Positions 38,534 through 52,121 of a stretch of DNA of 64,000 bases are shown here, one piece after another. The notes under the pieces are model-generated. The model saw only the letters and a list, made by a program, of their open reading frames with translations, had not been told where the DNA came from and did no database searches. The number at the start of each line of letters is the position of its first letter. Position 1 is the stretch's first letter. The stretch is from Octopus vulgaris (taxonomy: Eukaryota): positions 80,724,001-80,788,000 of the forward strand of contig OX597817.1 of the NCBI GenBank assembly GCA_951406725.2, in the 5' to 3' direction. A program made the position numbers and the translations under genes.

Positions 38534-38815
38534 ATTCGAGGGGTGTTCATTAAAGATTTCTCCTAAGCCACTTTCCAAGGACTAGGATAAACGAAACTTG
38601 GCATAATTATTAGTCCTACTCTACATAGCCACCACCAATGGTGGCACACTTCTCGCATTGCTTTATGCAGCTGTGAAGACCTCGTATGTAGAAGTCTGTA
38701 GGTTGTGTCTGGAGCCAAGACTTTACCTTGGAAATAAGTTCATCATCCGAAAAGTGCTTTCCCTTCAAAAAGGACTTCGTGGTTAGAAAGAGGTGGAAAT
38801 CAGATGGTGCAAGAG
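38534..38815 (-). mobile_element. mariner transposon 3' remnant
   Basis: LAPSDFHLF...LKGKHFSDDEL...WLQTQPTDFYIRGL...CEKC...GGYVE* (YSPDLAPSD..LF motif and C-terminus), plus TIR-like CGAGGGGTGTTCATTAAAG. Confidence 0.88.
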
Positions 38816-38916
38816 ACATGTATGATTATACCTGTACAAGTTCCGTTTCTTGCAATAACCGAAAGTGGTTCAGGGGAAGTTTTAATGAACGACATTCGTG
38901 TGTGTATTATTATTAT

Positions 38917-38954
<38 letters not shown>

Positions 38955-39014
38955 TCATTATTATTTATTATTATTATTGTTGTTATTATCATTATTATTT
39001 ATTATTATTATTTA

Positions 39015-39067
<53 letters not shown>

Positions 39068-42000
39068 GTGCCCTCAATATAACTTTAAAATCTTAATTGT
39101 TGTTAATAACTTCCCCTTCTATATACCTTTATGTATGAGACTCCTGATAAAAAGATCGGTTATTCTTATTCCATTGTTAGAGAGAAAACAATGCTATTGC
39201 AAGAGACAAAGCCCTTGATTCTTAATAGAGCAGGCCATCTAATTTTACATAGTTACCATGAGTAGATTCAGCTAATTATTTGGAACGTCCTTTTATTTGC
39301 TTATACATTCGAGTCCGAACCCGAAATCATTAATTATGATAGAAACATAATAGAATCAAACCTATCTGTCCTCATCATGAGTATGAAAAGAAGGTAAGAT
39401 GATTTGTGGGATCAACGAAAATGAATATCTGAACACTACTGCGACTCAGTACTTGAATTATTTTTTTATGGCACACAAAATAATATGACTATATCGAAAG
39501 GACAAGTGGTAGAGAAGCAAGCAGCAACAGTGTCAGAAATGCAACTCTTATCTCAAATATCATAGTTACATTCTGCTTTCTGTTTGGTGTGATTAAAAAC
39601 TCTTCTGCGTTTGTGGTCGGTAGACCAAAAATAATGACCATGTTATTAAAATCATTCTTATTAGGGCAACGATAAATAGGTTTAGAATTCTAGACACCAG
39701 GAAAAAATCAATAATGTATATATCAGAGAAAAATATATCAAATTTTCAAATAATAACAATATTTTAATAATTCGGTAATATGGTTAGTTCCCTAACCAGA
39801 TTTAATTTGGCTGACCTGCTGAAGAAGACAAAGAAATTATGAATAATTTGATAATTTCTGTGCCAAAAGTGGCGAGACTAACTGTAGCCTTTTCAAAACT
39901 TCTTTAGCGTCCTCTATTCGTCAAATCGAAAAATCCTAGCAATAATTAGCGTTATATTCATGAGATTCCTTATCAATAAAGATAAGAAAACACAAACTGA
40001 AATAAATTACGAATAAACAAATCAACAATTTTTAGATATTACAATGAAAGCATTAGCATCTCAGCTGAGAGAGAATGTGGAATTCATGAGGAATCTGTCC
40101 GATTTAAATGGTTAGCGAAACATAGTAGTTAATAAGTGGAACATTATTCTGACTAATGTCTTTCATTGTAGCTTTTGTATTTGCTTGAAGATAATGGATA
40201 TATTGGAATGGAACAAAGTGGTTAAACAAAGAATCAAATTTAGATACAATTACTCGCAGATCAATCATCAGAAAACTGAGCGCCATAGTGAAACATATGT
40301 CATTAATTGTTCCAGACAATTTTCTTCGATCTATATTTTCTTCATTTAGAACGCATTGGAAGAATTATTTATCGAGCTTTACTTTTTTATATATCAATAT
40401 TCTTTGTTTTTATATCCTTGGTTTTATTTTTTCTTGAAATCTTATAAAATTTTCTTTTTTTTTTCTTCCTCTATTATTTATGATATGCGATAGAATAAAT
40501 CGACGTATATAGCAAAGCGCCGTCATTAGTAACCAAGATCTAGTTCGAAGATCGGAAGTTCGAACCCGACTTATGATTTGATTGACGTGCATGTGTGTGC
40601 GCGTGGGTGTGTGTGCGTGTGTGTGAGTGTGTGTGTGTAAGTACTTATACCTATCTATCTACTATCTATGTGTGTGCGTGTGTGCGTGTGTGCGTGTGTG
40701 CGTGCGTGCATGTATGGTGTATGTATATGTGTATATGCATATATATATACGTATATCTATAGAGAGAGAGACAGAGAGAGAGGGGGGAGGGGGAGAGAGA
40801 GGGGGAGAGAGAGAGGGAGAGAGAGGGAGAGAGAGGGAGAGAGAGGGAGAGAGAGGGAGAGGGAGGGAGAGAGAGAGGGGCAAAGAGAGAGACCTGCTAA
40901 ATCCCATTGGCGAATATAATACTTGCACTTTACCGAATATATTTCATTTCCGAATTGAGGGCAATATCAATATTACAACTCCAGCAAAATGCTTTTGGCA
41001 GCAAAACTACACCCCAGCCCGACAACCGCTGATCCTTATAATCTTAAAACTGCCTCATGGTACCTATGGTTCAGTGACTTGAACGTGACCATTTGAGGAT
41101 TGAATGGTTTTGGTTATTGACTCTTAATATAGCTGGTTACAGGATAACGATTCTTCAAACTTTCAGTTGATAAACCAACAATATTGGTGTAAAGTTATTT
41201 ACATTCCTCTTGTTAAATATACGTTTACATATTATAAATGCTGAAAATTACACATTTCTAATATAAACCATACTTTAGTTGTGCTCAAGAGCTGTTTCAT
41301 TCAGATAAAACACCAAGAATGAATTATATGCTTTTCTAAGTTTATGCTAAGTATGTTTCTCTTAAAGATCTTTTTAGTCGATTATGTAGATTATTATACA
41401 TAATCGGTTACATGATTATTTCTTACCTACGATGTTTCACATTTTAAAAATATGCGGAATGGGGATTGCATTATGTTCATTCTTTCACGAGAGGTGCATT
41501 ACTAAAATACTTGAGATGAAATTGTAATAATTATTAAAAGAAACCTATTGATAACCTGCATTTACCTTTAGATTATAACAGCATGCTAAGTATGATGCTT
41601 CATTTAGTGTATATTTTTAAATGCATTTTGTTCTTTTTCTTTATATTTTGGATACAGAGGCCCTGCACATTTGGAAGAAAATATTGATGTATTTGATTTG
41701 TTTTTTCTCACATATTTGACCGATATAATCGAAATATACTTGCGCAAGCTAAAACCGAAACTGTATCCTGGTGACCCATCAGGGAAACCTCCATACCGTC
41801 TCTTCATCTGTTCGAAATAGAAGCTAAATATTTTTGGAATTATAACTTACCATCTTTAAAAAAATGGCAGAAAGAAACCATTCGGTAGTATATTTATCCA
41901 ATGTTTCCCTTAAAAAAAATAAATAATGGTCACGGTTGGAACTCATTTGATTACAAGTCTGCTTTAGCTGTCCTAATGTGGGAATAAACTAAAATCGTGA

Positions 42001-42730
42001 TACTTGCAAATACTAATCTGCCACTTTATGAATAATCTCAACGACTTTTCGAGCCAACAAGGGGTCTTTTACACTGAGGATCACCCTGCTAAAAACACCA
42101 AGTAAATCTTCCTCGAATCACGCGAGTAATCTTTATAACAGATGAGGAATTGGATGCTGTATTCATAGTTACATTGATTTAAAAAACGTTATAGTTGTAC
42201 CGAATAGTAAACATGATAATTGTTGACTTGGTGTTTAATGATAACAACTGTATCGCTACTTCTGCTCATTATATATTTTTAAAGTAAATTGGTAGTCGTT
42301 TAAATAGAATATAATCCTAATTTGAAAGTGGAGACTCGATTGATTGAATGTTTAACTTTTCCATAAAGCTGATCAATTATTATGCCGATACGCATAAAGA
42401 AAAATAGTACAGATGTGCGACAGACAGAATTCGAACTCGAGTCAGTAAGATGTATACTACAGTATACATCCTCTCTTCAATTTTATATTTATCAGAATTT
42501 TTCGAAGAAAAACAAAGAAACAAAAATTCCGTCACTGGAAATTGGATGATGAAAACGACAATCGTTGCATATTGAAATTTCATAAATCCTACATAGTTTT
42601 ACTGTTCGACTTATATCTATAAATTTGATATAAGCCGGCCTCTTTGTTTGCTTTAGAATTCAAACTTTTCCAGATTGTGATTTAGGTATTTGCCGACACA
42701 AACGAGCGCACCAGTACTTACATATATGTA

Positions 42731-43184
42731 CTAGACAACCCGTGACCCTTTTGGTCACTAATAATTCAAAGTACTCGAAAAAAGCGCGTATCTCGGGGAA
42801 TCCGTGGTCCGATTTACGCGAAACTTCTGTTATTCCATTTCATTGGTACCTTACTTTTAAAGCGTTGTTCCCATTATTCGCCGATTTGGCTATTTAAAAA
42901 GGTACCCGAAAAACCCGCGTATCTCGGTAACCCGTGGATCCGATTTACGCAAAACTTGTTTTATTCTGTTTGCATACATACGAGCATCTGATTCATGACG
43001 TCTCCTGCTTTTGTCTCTTTCCCTGTTTTGCCAGAAAGTGTCCGATTCCTGATCGCTCTTGCATCTGTCTCTTTCTTTCTGTTCCGCCACATGCCCAGCT
43101 CTTGCTGGCATGCCTGTCCCTATCCTGGGTAAATATTTCGTACTTCGGTGTAAAATAATTTTTTGCACACGTTTTTATGAGTAC

Positions 43185-43200
<16 letters not shown>
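42731..43200 (-). mobile_element. Non-autonomous Helitron-like element
   Basis: Minus 3' end GTGACC-AAAAG-GGTCAC hairpin plus GGGTTGT-CTAG-T. Internal ~42-bp direct repeat CGCGTATCTCGG..A.CCGTGG.TCCGATTTACGC.AAACTT (~42785 and ~42916). 5' end lies in (GACA)/(GATA)n and is approximate. Confidence 0.7.
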
Positions 43201-43215
<15 letters not shown>

Positions 43216-43216
43216 T

Positions 43217-43282
<66 letters not shown>

Positions 43283-43562
43283 TTAACTTATTTGTCTAGC
43301 TATCTGTCTATCTCCGTTACTCTTTAACTTTAATTTTTTCAGTCATTTGACTGCGGCCATGCTGGAGCACTGCATTTAGTCGAATAAATCGACCCCAGGA
43401 CTTATTCTATGTAAGCCTAATACTTATACTATCGGGGTTTTTTTTTTTTTTGCCAAACCGCTACGTCACGCGCACGTAATCACACCAGCATCAGTTGTCA
43501 AGCGATGGTGGGGCAACAAACACAGGCACACACACACACACTCATACACACACACACACACA

Positions 43563-43625
<63 letters not shown>

Positions 43626-43631
43626 TGTTAT

Positions 43632-43974
43632 GTGAAGGCGCATGGCTCAGTGGTTAGAGCGTCGAGCTTACGATCGTGAGGTTGTGAGCTCGAATCCCGG
43701 ACCGGGCTGCGTGTTGTGTTCTTGAGCAAGGCACTTTATTTCACGTTGCTCCAGTTCACTCAGCTGTAGAAATGAGTTGCGACGTCACTGGTGCCAAGCT
43801 GTATCGACCTTTGTCTTTCCCTTGGATAACACTGGTGTCGTGGAGAGGGGAGGCCGGTATGCATGGGCGACTGCTGGTCTTCCATAAAACAACCTTGCCC
43901 AGACTTGTGTCTAGGAGGGTAACTTTCTAGGTGCAATCCCATGGTCATTCATGACCGAAGGGGGTCTTTACCCT
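43632..43974 (+). mobile_element. SINE family C (tRNA-derived, Nin/Deu-like central domain), full length with 9-bp TSD
   Basis: A box TGGCTCAGTGG, B box GAGCTCGAATCC, CTTGAGCAAGGCACTTTA..TTGCTCCAGTTCACTCAGCTGTA domain. TSD TACTGTTAT at 43623-43631 and 43975-43983. Confidence 0.9.
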
Positions 43975-44290
43975 TACTGTTATATTCCGGGATTGTCATT
44001 TTATTTATTATTTTAATTTTTTTTGCCAGATAAACACACGTACTATTTTTTCTTCACTCGTTTATTACTGTTATTTTATTATTTTCATGCCTGTCCATTG
44101 TCCAGAAAATGGTACAAGCGATAAATAATAAAATAACAGTAATAAACGAGTGAAGAAAAAATACAGTGCGTGTGTTTATTTGGCAAAGCAAAAAATAATA
44201 AATAAAATGACCATCCCGAAATACAACAATATCTGTTTCAACACACGATTTCACTTCAGGAATCTTGCAAAACGAATTGATAAATGTTAT
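43975..44290. mobile_element. Fold-back pLTR-like insertion, same family as 16761-17238
   Basis: Imperfect palindrome centred ~44103 (arms 43975-44099 and 44108-44231), plus tail 44232-44290 with CTGTTTCAACACACGA.TTCAC...AATCTTGCA. Confidence 0.85.
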
Positions 44291-44439
44291 ATACATACGA
44301 CGGGTTCCTTCAGTTTTCCGTCTACCAAATCCACTCACAAGGATTTGGTGGGCCCCGAGGTTATAGTAGAAGACACTTGCCCAAGGTACCACTCAGTCGG
44401 ACTGAACATGGAACCATATGGTTGGTAAGCAAGCTACTT

Positions 44440-46478
44440 TATATCAAAAAAGTTTGCCATAAAGGCATGATACAGAGTAGCTTGCGGGCTGGACAGGAAC
44501 ATTGATGAGATGAATGATGAAATAAAATGATATTAATGGGAGAAGACAAAAAACGCCCGCTGATTCTTTGCTTCTCTGAAACATTATTTTTTACACAAAA
44601 AACAAACCGAGGTATTAAACCTCTTACTTCCGTTTTACAATTATTGGACTTAATAATCTATTTACAAATTGAGGCGCTAAGCCGCTAACACACTTAAACA
44701 TTACAACACTGAGGATTTTCAACTTCTTGTCAATTTTCCTCCCCAACATCGATTGTGCCCGTATACTCCGCCATTACCCAGGCCTCGTTTAAAACCAAGA
44801 CGGGCTCCGAGTCGGCGTCGCCCGGCCACAAGCGATATTCCTCTTTGAGTCCCTCCAGCCTGCGTATCCCTCCACAGCTATCTGCGGTGGCCATTCGGGC
44901 TCCCGTGTGAAAGTTGAAGGTATTCCCTTATAGTGTTTTTCCACTACCTTTTCTACCTTTCCACCTCTGTAGAAGACACCTCCGAGGTGCAGGTAGTCAA
45001 TTCTACCGTTGGCAGCACAATTCCCGCCAACGGTGTCTCTTCCTCTGCCGATAGCACAACCGACGAGGTTACAGCTTCCTCTTTCGGTGACACAATTCCC
45101 ACCAAAGAGGCCTCGGGACATGCCAGCAGTACACTGCATACCTCCGGCACTGGCCCATTCTTTTTTTCTTTTTTATCTTTGGTGCGGGAGGGGTTGGCTC
45201 CTTCGCCATAACCGCAGGAACCTGAATTCCTCCCGCAAAACCAGGATCACTCGGAGAGCAACCATTGTTGCTCCCCTTCTTCCTTTTTCTCCCCTTTTTT
45301 CGGGGGCGGTCACTCTCTCCTCTTCCATCTCGCCTTCCAGCGGAGGAGGAGGGTTCTTCCACAACTAACTGCTCCAGGACTCTGCTCTGGTCCTTGGGAC
45401 AGTTCTTCTTAATGTGGCCAGGCTCCAGGCACTGATGACACTTGGAGGGGCGTCCCTCAAGAATCACCGGATACCTGGACCCGGCCATCCTCAAAAAATC
45501 TGGGAACACTACATCATCGGCTGATTGGGTTCACAGGGTCAAAACTTTTGACCCCACCCAATCAGCCGCAGGCATCATTTTAACATTCAAGAGCTTGGCT
45601 CCGCTGCCACCCAGACCCCAGCGGATAGTGTCCTCTATCCACTCGGGCTCTGTTCCAGGTGGCAGCCCACACACCCAAGCTCTTGTCAATTTCCCCCACG
45701 ATATGTGGGAAGAAACAGAATTTTCTCCCCTTCCAGGGACTGCCTCGCAAAAATGCGAGCCTCCTTAGGGGTATCAAATAGCAACCACACTGTTGCATAT
45801 TTGACACCCTTTGCAATAAATTTGATGGTTGGTAGGTATTCTGCCAACTCCTTCTCAACATCTACTTGAGAGAACACAGTCGAGGGACTTGGAATATGTC
45901 CTCAACACCACCGATCTCTCATTAAGGTCCTTTACACACTGTTTGGGGGAACAATTTACCACTCCAAGACAGTGTTTTTATTTTTGTTGCCATGCTTGCA
46001 AAAAAAAATAAGACAAATGTTCGACACAAAATCCAAAATTTAATTCTAATTAAAAGTCTAATAAAAACACATAAAAAGAACGAAGGAAGACAGTTCAATT
46101 CACGACAACACAATTCCACCACTCAGGTAATCCATAAGAATACAGGTACTCCAGTTCACCGTCACAACACACAAAAATTCCTCCACGAATTCATAAATTT
46201 TCCAAATTTTGGTATCAAGACATGCCCACTCAAACAACAATTCTCACAGCTAAATGAGTCACTCGGCGCAACCGCAGCAGACAAATGTCTAGGACCCAGT
46301 GAGGATTTCTTATTCGAGAAAAAAAACAATATAAAAAAAATAAAAACTCCCCACCGAATCCCTAAAAAGACAGGCGCCTACCTTGCAGTCGAACCTTCAA
46401 CGGTTCTTTAATTCAAGACGTCTTGACAGTGTTCAATCTCGTACGTGACTGACAAACTCACGCATTCGTTAGCGAGGA
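44440..46478 (-). mobile_element. 2.04-kb ORF1-only non-LTR retroelement (HAL1-like) with 14-bp TSD
   Basis: TSD TAAGCAAGCTACTT at 44426-44439 and 46479-46492. ~480-bp 5' UTR with TCAGTC near the 5' end. One disrupted ORF, no EN/RT. Confidence 0.8.
44789..45993 (-). pseudogene. L1/Tx1-type ORF1 (gag-like, RRM-like region plus CCHC zinc knuckle), disrupted
   Basis: MATKIKTLSW... FSQVDVEKELAEYLPTIKFIAKGVKYATVWLLF... TRAWVCGLPP... FPDFLRMAGSRYPVILEGRPSKCHQCLEPGHIKKNCP (CX2CX4HX4C at 45399-45440). Stops and frameshifts join the listed ORFs. 3' end approximate. Confidence 0.8.
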
Positions 46479-47162
46479 TAAGCAAGCTACTTACCACGCA
46501 GCCACTCCTGAGCCTAGCTACCCTAGTGCCTGTCTATCTATTTATATACCATATAGACATACGCTATGAATATACGCATCATGCGTATATGTATGTGTGT
46601 GTGTGCGCACGTATGTGTAACCACGTTGCCACGAATGATACGTATGACCAGCCACCAAAGAACTCCACAACCTAGAGGTAAGACGAATTTTTTTTATATT
46701 CGCCGCTCGTTCACGTTTTTGTCTCTATACATTCAGTGAAGCTTTAGCTAGCATCGAAAGATTATTGATTGCTATTTCCAGCAAAAATTGGTATCTTGTT
46801 CAACCATTATTTCCTATTTATAATTCTAACTTTACAATGCCGGAAAATAATATTGTATTGTAATTATATTTATATTTTTGTATATGTATGTCTGTATGTA
46901 AGTATATATGTTTTTCTGTACGCATGCATGCATGTACTATGTATGTATATTTGTATGTATGTATGTATGTATGTATGTATGTATGTATGTATGTATGTAT
47001 GTATGTATGTATGTATGTATGTATGTATGTATGCATGTATGTATGTATATATGTATGTATGTATGTATACATGTATGTATAATCATTTGTGAGTTTTTCA
47101 AGATATATTAGTTTTCAAGTGTGAAAACTTACAAAGTCAAATCTCGAAAGTATGTTAAATTA

Positions 47163-48181
47163 CTTTGGAATCCCTGTTCAAAATGATAGAAATGTTGATA
47201 CAGAAATACAGCTGCGAATTCAAAGGGCAGCAAAAGCATTTGGTAGCTTGGAGTCACGTGTTTGGTGCCAGCGACATATAAATAAGAATACAAAGCTGGA
47301 TCTTTACAAATCATTTATCTTACCATCCCTGTTGTATTCCTGTGAAACTTGGACTTGTTATGAAATGCATTTTAAACTCTTAGAATAATTCCACTAAAAA
47401 TGCCTTCATCGCATTTTAAAAAGTTAAATGGAGTTCGTTTACTCCAAACACAGATGTCCTTGCAACTGCAGGCATCACCTCAATCAAAACTATGATTTTG
47501 AGGAACCAATTGAGATGATGTGGCCATATTATTCTAATAGCATATGAACACATGCCGAAACAGCTGTTTTATGGTGAGCTTGCAGAGGGGAAACGCTATC
47601 GGCGTAAATCTAAAAAAAGGTTTAAGGACAGCATAAGGACTACTATGAAGTCACTTGAAATGGTTCCAGAAGTTATAGAAACCCTTGCTTCGGATCGAGT
47701 TGGATGGCGAACAAAGGCGTGGGGTGGAGTAAAAGCATTTGAAGAGGCCAGGATAACGCAAGTAAGACTCAAAAAAGATCTAAGGACTAATATAACAATC
47801 GAGAAGGTGAATAACAATGACCATTTTTTGTGCAAAGTCTGTGATAGACCATCCCTGTCTTTTGCTGGCTTCAAATCTCATCTGCGAACGCATGGAAAAC
47901 GAACCTCCACCAACTATTCTGCCTATAAGTCTGTGCACACCTTTGAATGCAGTGTATGTCAGAAGGTTTGCAAATCCATGGAGGCCTTAAAAGACATATT
48001 AAAATTAACAAAGAGCAGAACTTATCTGCAGATCTTGGTGGTCCAAATCAGAGGTGCAATCTGTGGGCGTCTTTTTAGAACATTGTCTGGTTTAAAATGC
48101 CACATAAGACGCCATTATGGTGCTAGAGTGTAGGTACAGGAGGTGGTCAAACTCTGTATAAGAAGTAGACAACCAATCACC
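47163..48181 (+). mobile_element. 5'-truncated RTE-clade LINE (RT thumb/C-terminus plus C2H2 zinc fingers)
   Basis: DTEIQLRIQRAAKAFGSL..RVW...I...TKL..Y...ILPSLLYSCETWT, RNQLR*CGH, MPKQLFYGEL..GKR..RFKD, then CKVCDR..GFKSHLRTH and further CxxC/HxxxH motifs. Flanked by an ~82-bp direct repeat. Confidence 0.9.
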
Positions 48182-48598
48182 ATGTATGTATGTATGCATG
48201 TATGTAAAATCATTTGTGAGTTCTTCAAGATATATTATTTTTCAAGTGTGGAAACTTGCAGAGTTAAATCACGAAAGTATATTAAATTATATTTCTAGAG
48301 CTGAAAATAAGCGAAATGAAAGCAACACTTAGTTAATCGGTTAGAAAATATAGAAACCCATATCTCACGGTGGCTTGGGAGAGACAGACAGACGAACGGA
48401 CGGACGGACGGACGGACGGACAGATAGAAAGTTCGATAGAAAGATAAATGAGCAATTAGTTATATTGATTGATAACTCAATAAATTTGTATATAGATAGA
48501 TAGGTTTATAAATACGTGTATATATATTACATATATAGATATGTGTGTGTCTCTGTGTGTATGTGTGCGTGTGTATGTTTGTATGTATGTCATATCTA

Positions 48599-48682
<84 letters not shown>

Positions 48683-50304
48683 CATATACAAAAATATATG
48701 TATATATTTATACACACACATACACATATATAGATATATACATTTTTGTTTTAATATCAAGTTGAAACAATTTAACATTAAACTATAGAAATACTCAATG
48801 CATTTTCATAGCGAACATTAAACTTTTAGAAGACAGTTACTTCGAAGTATCGATTTGTTAGCTTTCGTCGGACTGTACCAGTTTTATACATGTGAGAATC
48901 TGTGTGCGTTTACAAATGTGCGCACGTTTGAGAGATAGTGCAAGAGAGAGAGAAAGAGGGCGAGAGAGAGAAAGAGAGCGAGAGAGAGGCGTGCCCGTCT
49001 GTGTATAACGAGATTGAGGTTCAGATTGAAAGTGATTAAGTAGACTGATATAGACTCACTGACAAACAGTTAAAGAGATAGACGTAGAGGGGACAAGATA
49101 ATTAAATGCATGTCCTCATTATTGGGAAACGCTTCAATGTTACAACTTCCCTTTCATCCATCTTTTAAGATATAGGACACTTTTATTCCTTATATGTTGT
49201 GAAATGTTACCAAATGAGCAAATCAAACGTTTGGAATGATAGTTGGTACAAATTAATAACCTGAAAAATTAGTTTATAAAGGTTGGTTTAAAAGTTAGAT
49301 ACATTTATTAACTTATACAAGTATTTTCAAGCAGTTAGTGTTTCTCTATGGAGGGTATTGAGGTAAATTTGCAGTGTCAAAACATGAAATATCGGAAAAT
49401 ATAACCTTAAGATAAGAACGTTTGCTTCCGACAACAAAATTAACGAATGATGAATGGCTTTCCATATAACAAGGCTACATAGAGGCTATCTGGAGCCTGG
49501 TGAGATGAATGCTCAGTAAAATCTTATCCCTATATCCTTCAGCCCCGAGATTATTCGCAGTAACATCTAAATTGACTGTGTTGACAGAGCAAGTGATTGG
49601 GTGTACGGTGTCGGTGTATGGGACAGCTCAGATGGTTGTTTAGGTTGATTGGCTGGTTGATTGGTTAGTTGGTTGGATGGTTCGGCTAGAATGGGTTGGG
49701 TTAGGTGAGGGTCGAGTTAGATTAGGTTAGTTCGATAGTTGATTGCTTTGTTAGTTAGACTGTCGGTCGATCGGTCAATTGTTTGGTTAGTTTAGATCAG
49801 TTTGATTCGGTTTTGTTTGATTTTGTCGGTTCTAAACATGTTTAACTAGACAGAACTACTTCATCTTGAAGTAAAAATAACTCAGGAAGTAATTAAACAA
49901 ACTCCATCACTAGCACTTACAAACCACAACCACACCGCAACACACCACATCACACACTTCACCTCGCCTTCCATACACAAACACATACACACATACAAGC
50001 GCATACACACACAGACATACGGCACACCTATTAAAAATTAATTTGTAAGTTGCAGTGTTGTCTTAATTAAAGGATGACATCATATCACTAGCGGTGATGT
50101 ATATCTCCTTATTGACAGACGGTAAAATTAACCAGCGACTCGTGAGAATGGCGAGATGTTTCTTTGTTTCTCCTTCATTAAGCGACCATATTTTATTACT
50201 TCCTGCATACGTTCTCCACAGAACAGTGTAAGGATTACATATGTATGTGTGTGTATGTATATATATGTTTATGCATATATGTGTGTGTATTTATGTGTAT
50301 GTAT

Positions 50305-50360
<56 letters not shown>

Positions 50361-50437
50361 GTGTGTGTTTATATATGTATATAAATATATATATGTATGT
50401 ATATATATTCATATATATATTTTCATATGTATATATA

Positions 50438-50485
<48 letters not shown>

Positions 50486-50529
50486 TGTCTGTATAAATAT
50501 ATATATAGGAATGACTCTATATGTGTATA

Positions 50530-50569
<40 letters not shown>

Positions 50570-50723
50570 ATATACACATATAAAAAATATATGTATACAT
50601 ATATATATGTGTATATAATATACATATATATATATACACATATATATATACATATAAAACATATATGTAGACATATATATATGTGTATATAATATATATA
50701 TATATATATACATAAATATACAC

Positions 50724-50801
<78 letters not shown>

Positions 50802-50961
50802 GTGATTTAAAATTTACAATTAAAACTGTAAAGAATTTCACAGCCATTCCACCTACCTCTTCTCGATGTTCTGCTTTCAATCAACAGCACACATAATTCA
50901 ACAAATTAAAGAAGGTGAATTCTATTTTAAGGAATTGAAGAATACATGACCAAAGATGATG

Positions 50962-51049
<88 letters not shown>

Positions 51050-51262
51050 GGAAAGTTTATAATGAAAGCAAAGCGCCATCTAAGTCAAGTGATTGTAAAG
51101 TGTAAAGTCTGCATTTCCAGTGACTACATTAGCGGATTATGAGTCGAAAGGGATTAGTTCATATCTCACCGACGGTGTGATCTATTCTTGATACTTAATT
51201 TATGATGGTCCCTTTCTAAAAATTTCTTCATATAGGATGGTGAAAGTAGATATCTTTCATAT

Positions 51263-51541
51263 TTGTGTGGCTCAGTCTTTAGAAGTCGTTGTGTGGCTCA
51301 GTCGTTAGAAGTATTCCGCTCATGATCATAAGGTTTTGAGTTCGATACATGGTGGAGCTATGTATTCTTGAAAGGTTGCCAGCCCTGTCACATTTTGTGT
51401 ATCATGCTGAGTCTCCCTGACACCTGCGTTAAGAGTACCCGTGTCTGTGGAGAGCTCAGTCACTCACACAGTAATTTCACGTACAGGCTGTTCGGTTGAG
51501 CAAATCAACTGTCACACTCGTCGTAGTGACCGACGGTGTGC
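51263..51541 (+). mobile_element. SINE family C-related copy with duplicated A-box
   Basis: TGTGTGGCTCAGTC.TTAGAAGT x2, GAGTTCGATAC B box. Confidence 0.7.
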
Positions 51542-51791
51542 TTAATTGTAGGCTTCATATTTCAAGATTTCACATTACACAGAAATTTGAATCCAGGTGT
51601 ACTTTCTAAAATAAACATGAACAACCCATCCAAAAGTGAAAGCTGTGTAGACGGTTAATTTTCCTTACAACATACATATATGCTTGTGGATGTGTGCGTA
51701 TGTATGCATGAATACAAATATTTATATCTATATATATAATATATATATATACATTCACATACCCATATATGGGCATATTTATGTATATATA

Positions 51792-51835
<44 letters not shown>

Positions 51836-51836
<1 letters not shown>

Positions 51837-52121
51837 CAGCCACAGGCCGATCAAAGCCCTGTGAGTGGGTTTCGTACACGGAAACTGTAAGAAGACTGTC
51901 GGATATATGTGTATATTTGTGTGTTTGTGTGTGTGTGTGTGTGTGTATGTATGTGTGTGTGTGTGTGTGTCCGTGTATCTGTATTTGTACCCCCCACCAT
52001 TTTTTTGACAAGTGATGTTGCTGTGTTTACATTTCCATAACTTACCGGTTCGGTAAAAGACACTGATAGAATAAGTACTAGGCTTACAAACAATAAATCC
52101 TGTGGTCTGCAACAAGTAAAA
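51836..52121 (+). mobile_element. 5'-truncated SINE family A, followed by a Helitron-like 3' hairpin fragment (52147-52175)
   Basis: Family A body. CCCGAGCAAAGCCGGG..CTGCTA resembles 8003-8030. Confidence 0.7.

Larger units (their letters stand above)
43316..46514 (-). mobile_element. SINE family A split into three pieces by nested insertions
   Basis: 3' half 43316-43530, 5' half 44296-44439, head 46479-46514. Confidence 0.85.

Noticed and set aside
39100-42700. Long repeat-poor AT-rich stretch as a possible gene or regulatory region
   Set aside because: No credible ORF, splice pattern or motif is visible.
43632-43710. tRNA gene
   Set aside because: A and B boxes are present, but it continues into a SINE body with a TSD and has no clean acceptor stem.
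47552-48133. Host C2H2 zinc-finger gene
   Set aside because: It continues RTE ORF motifs and is disrupted, so it is part of the LINE.
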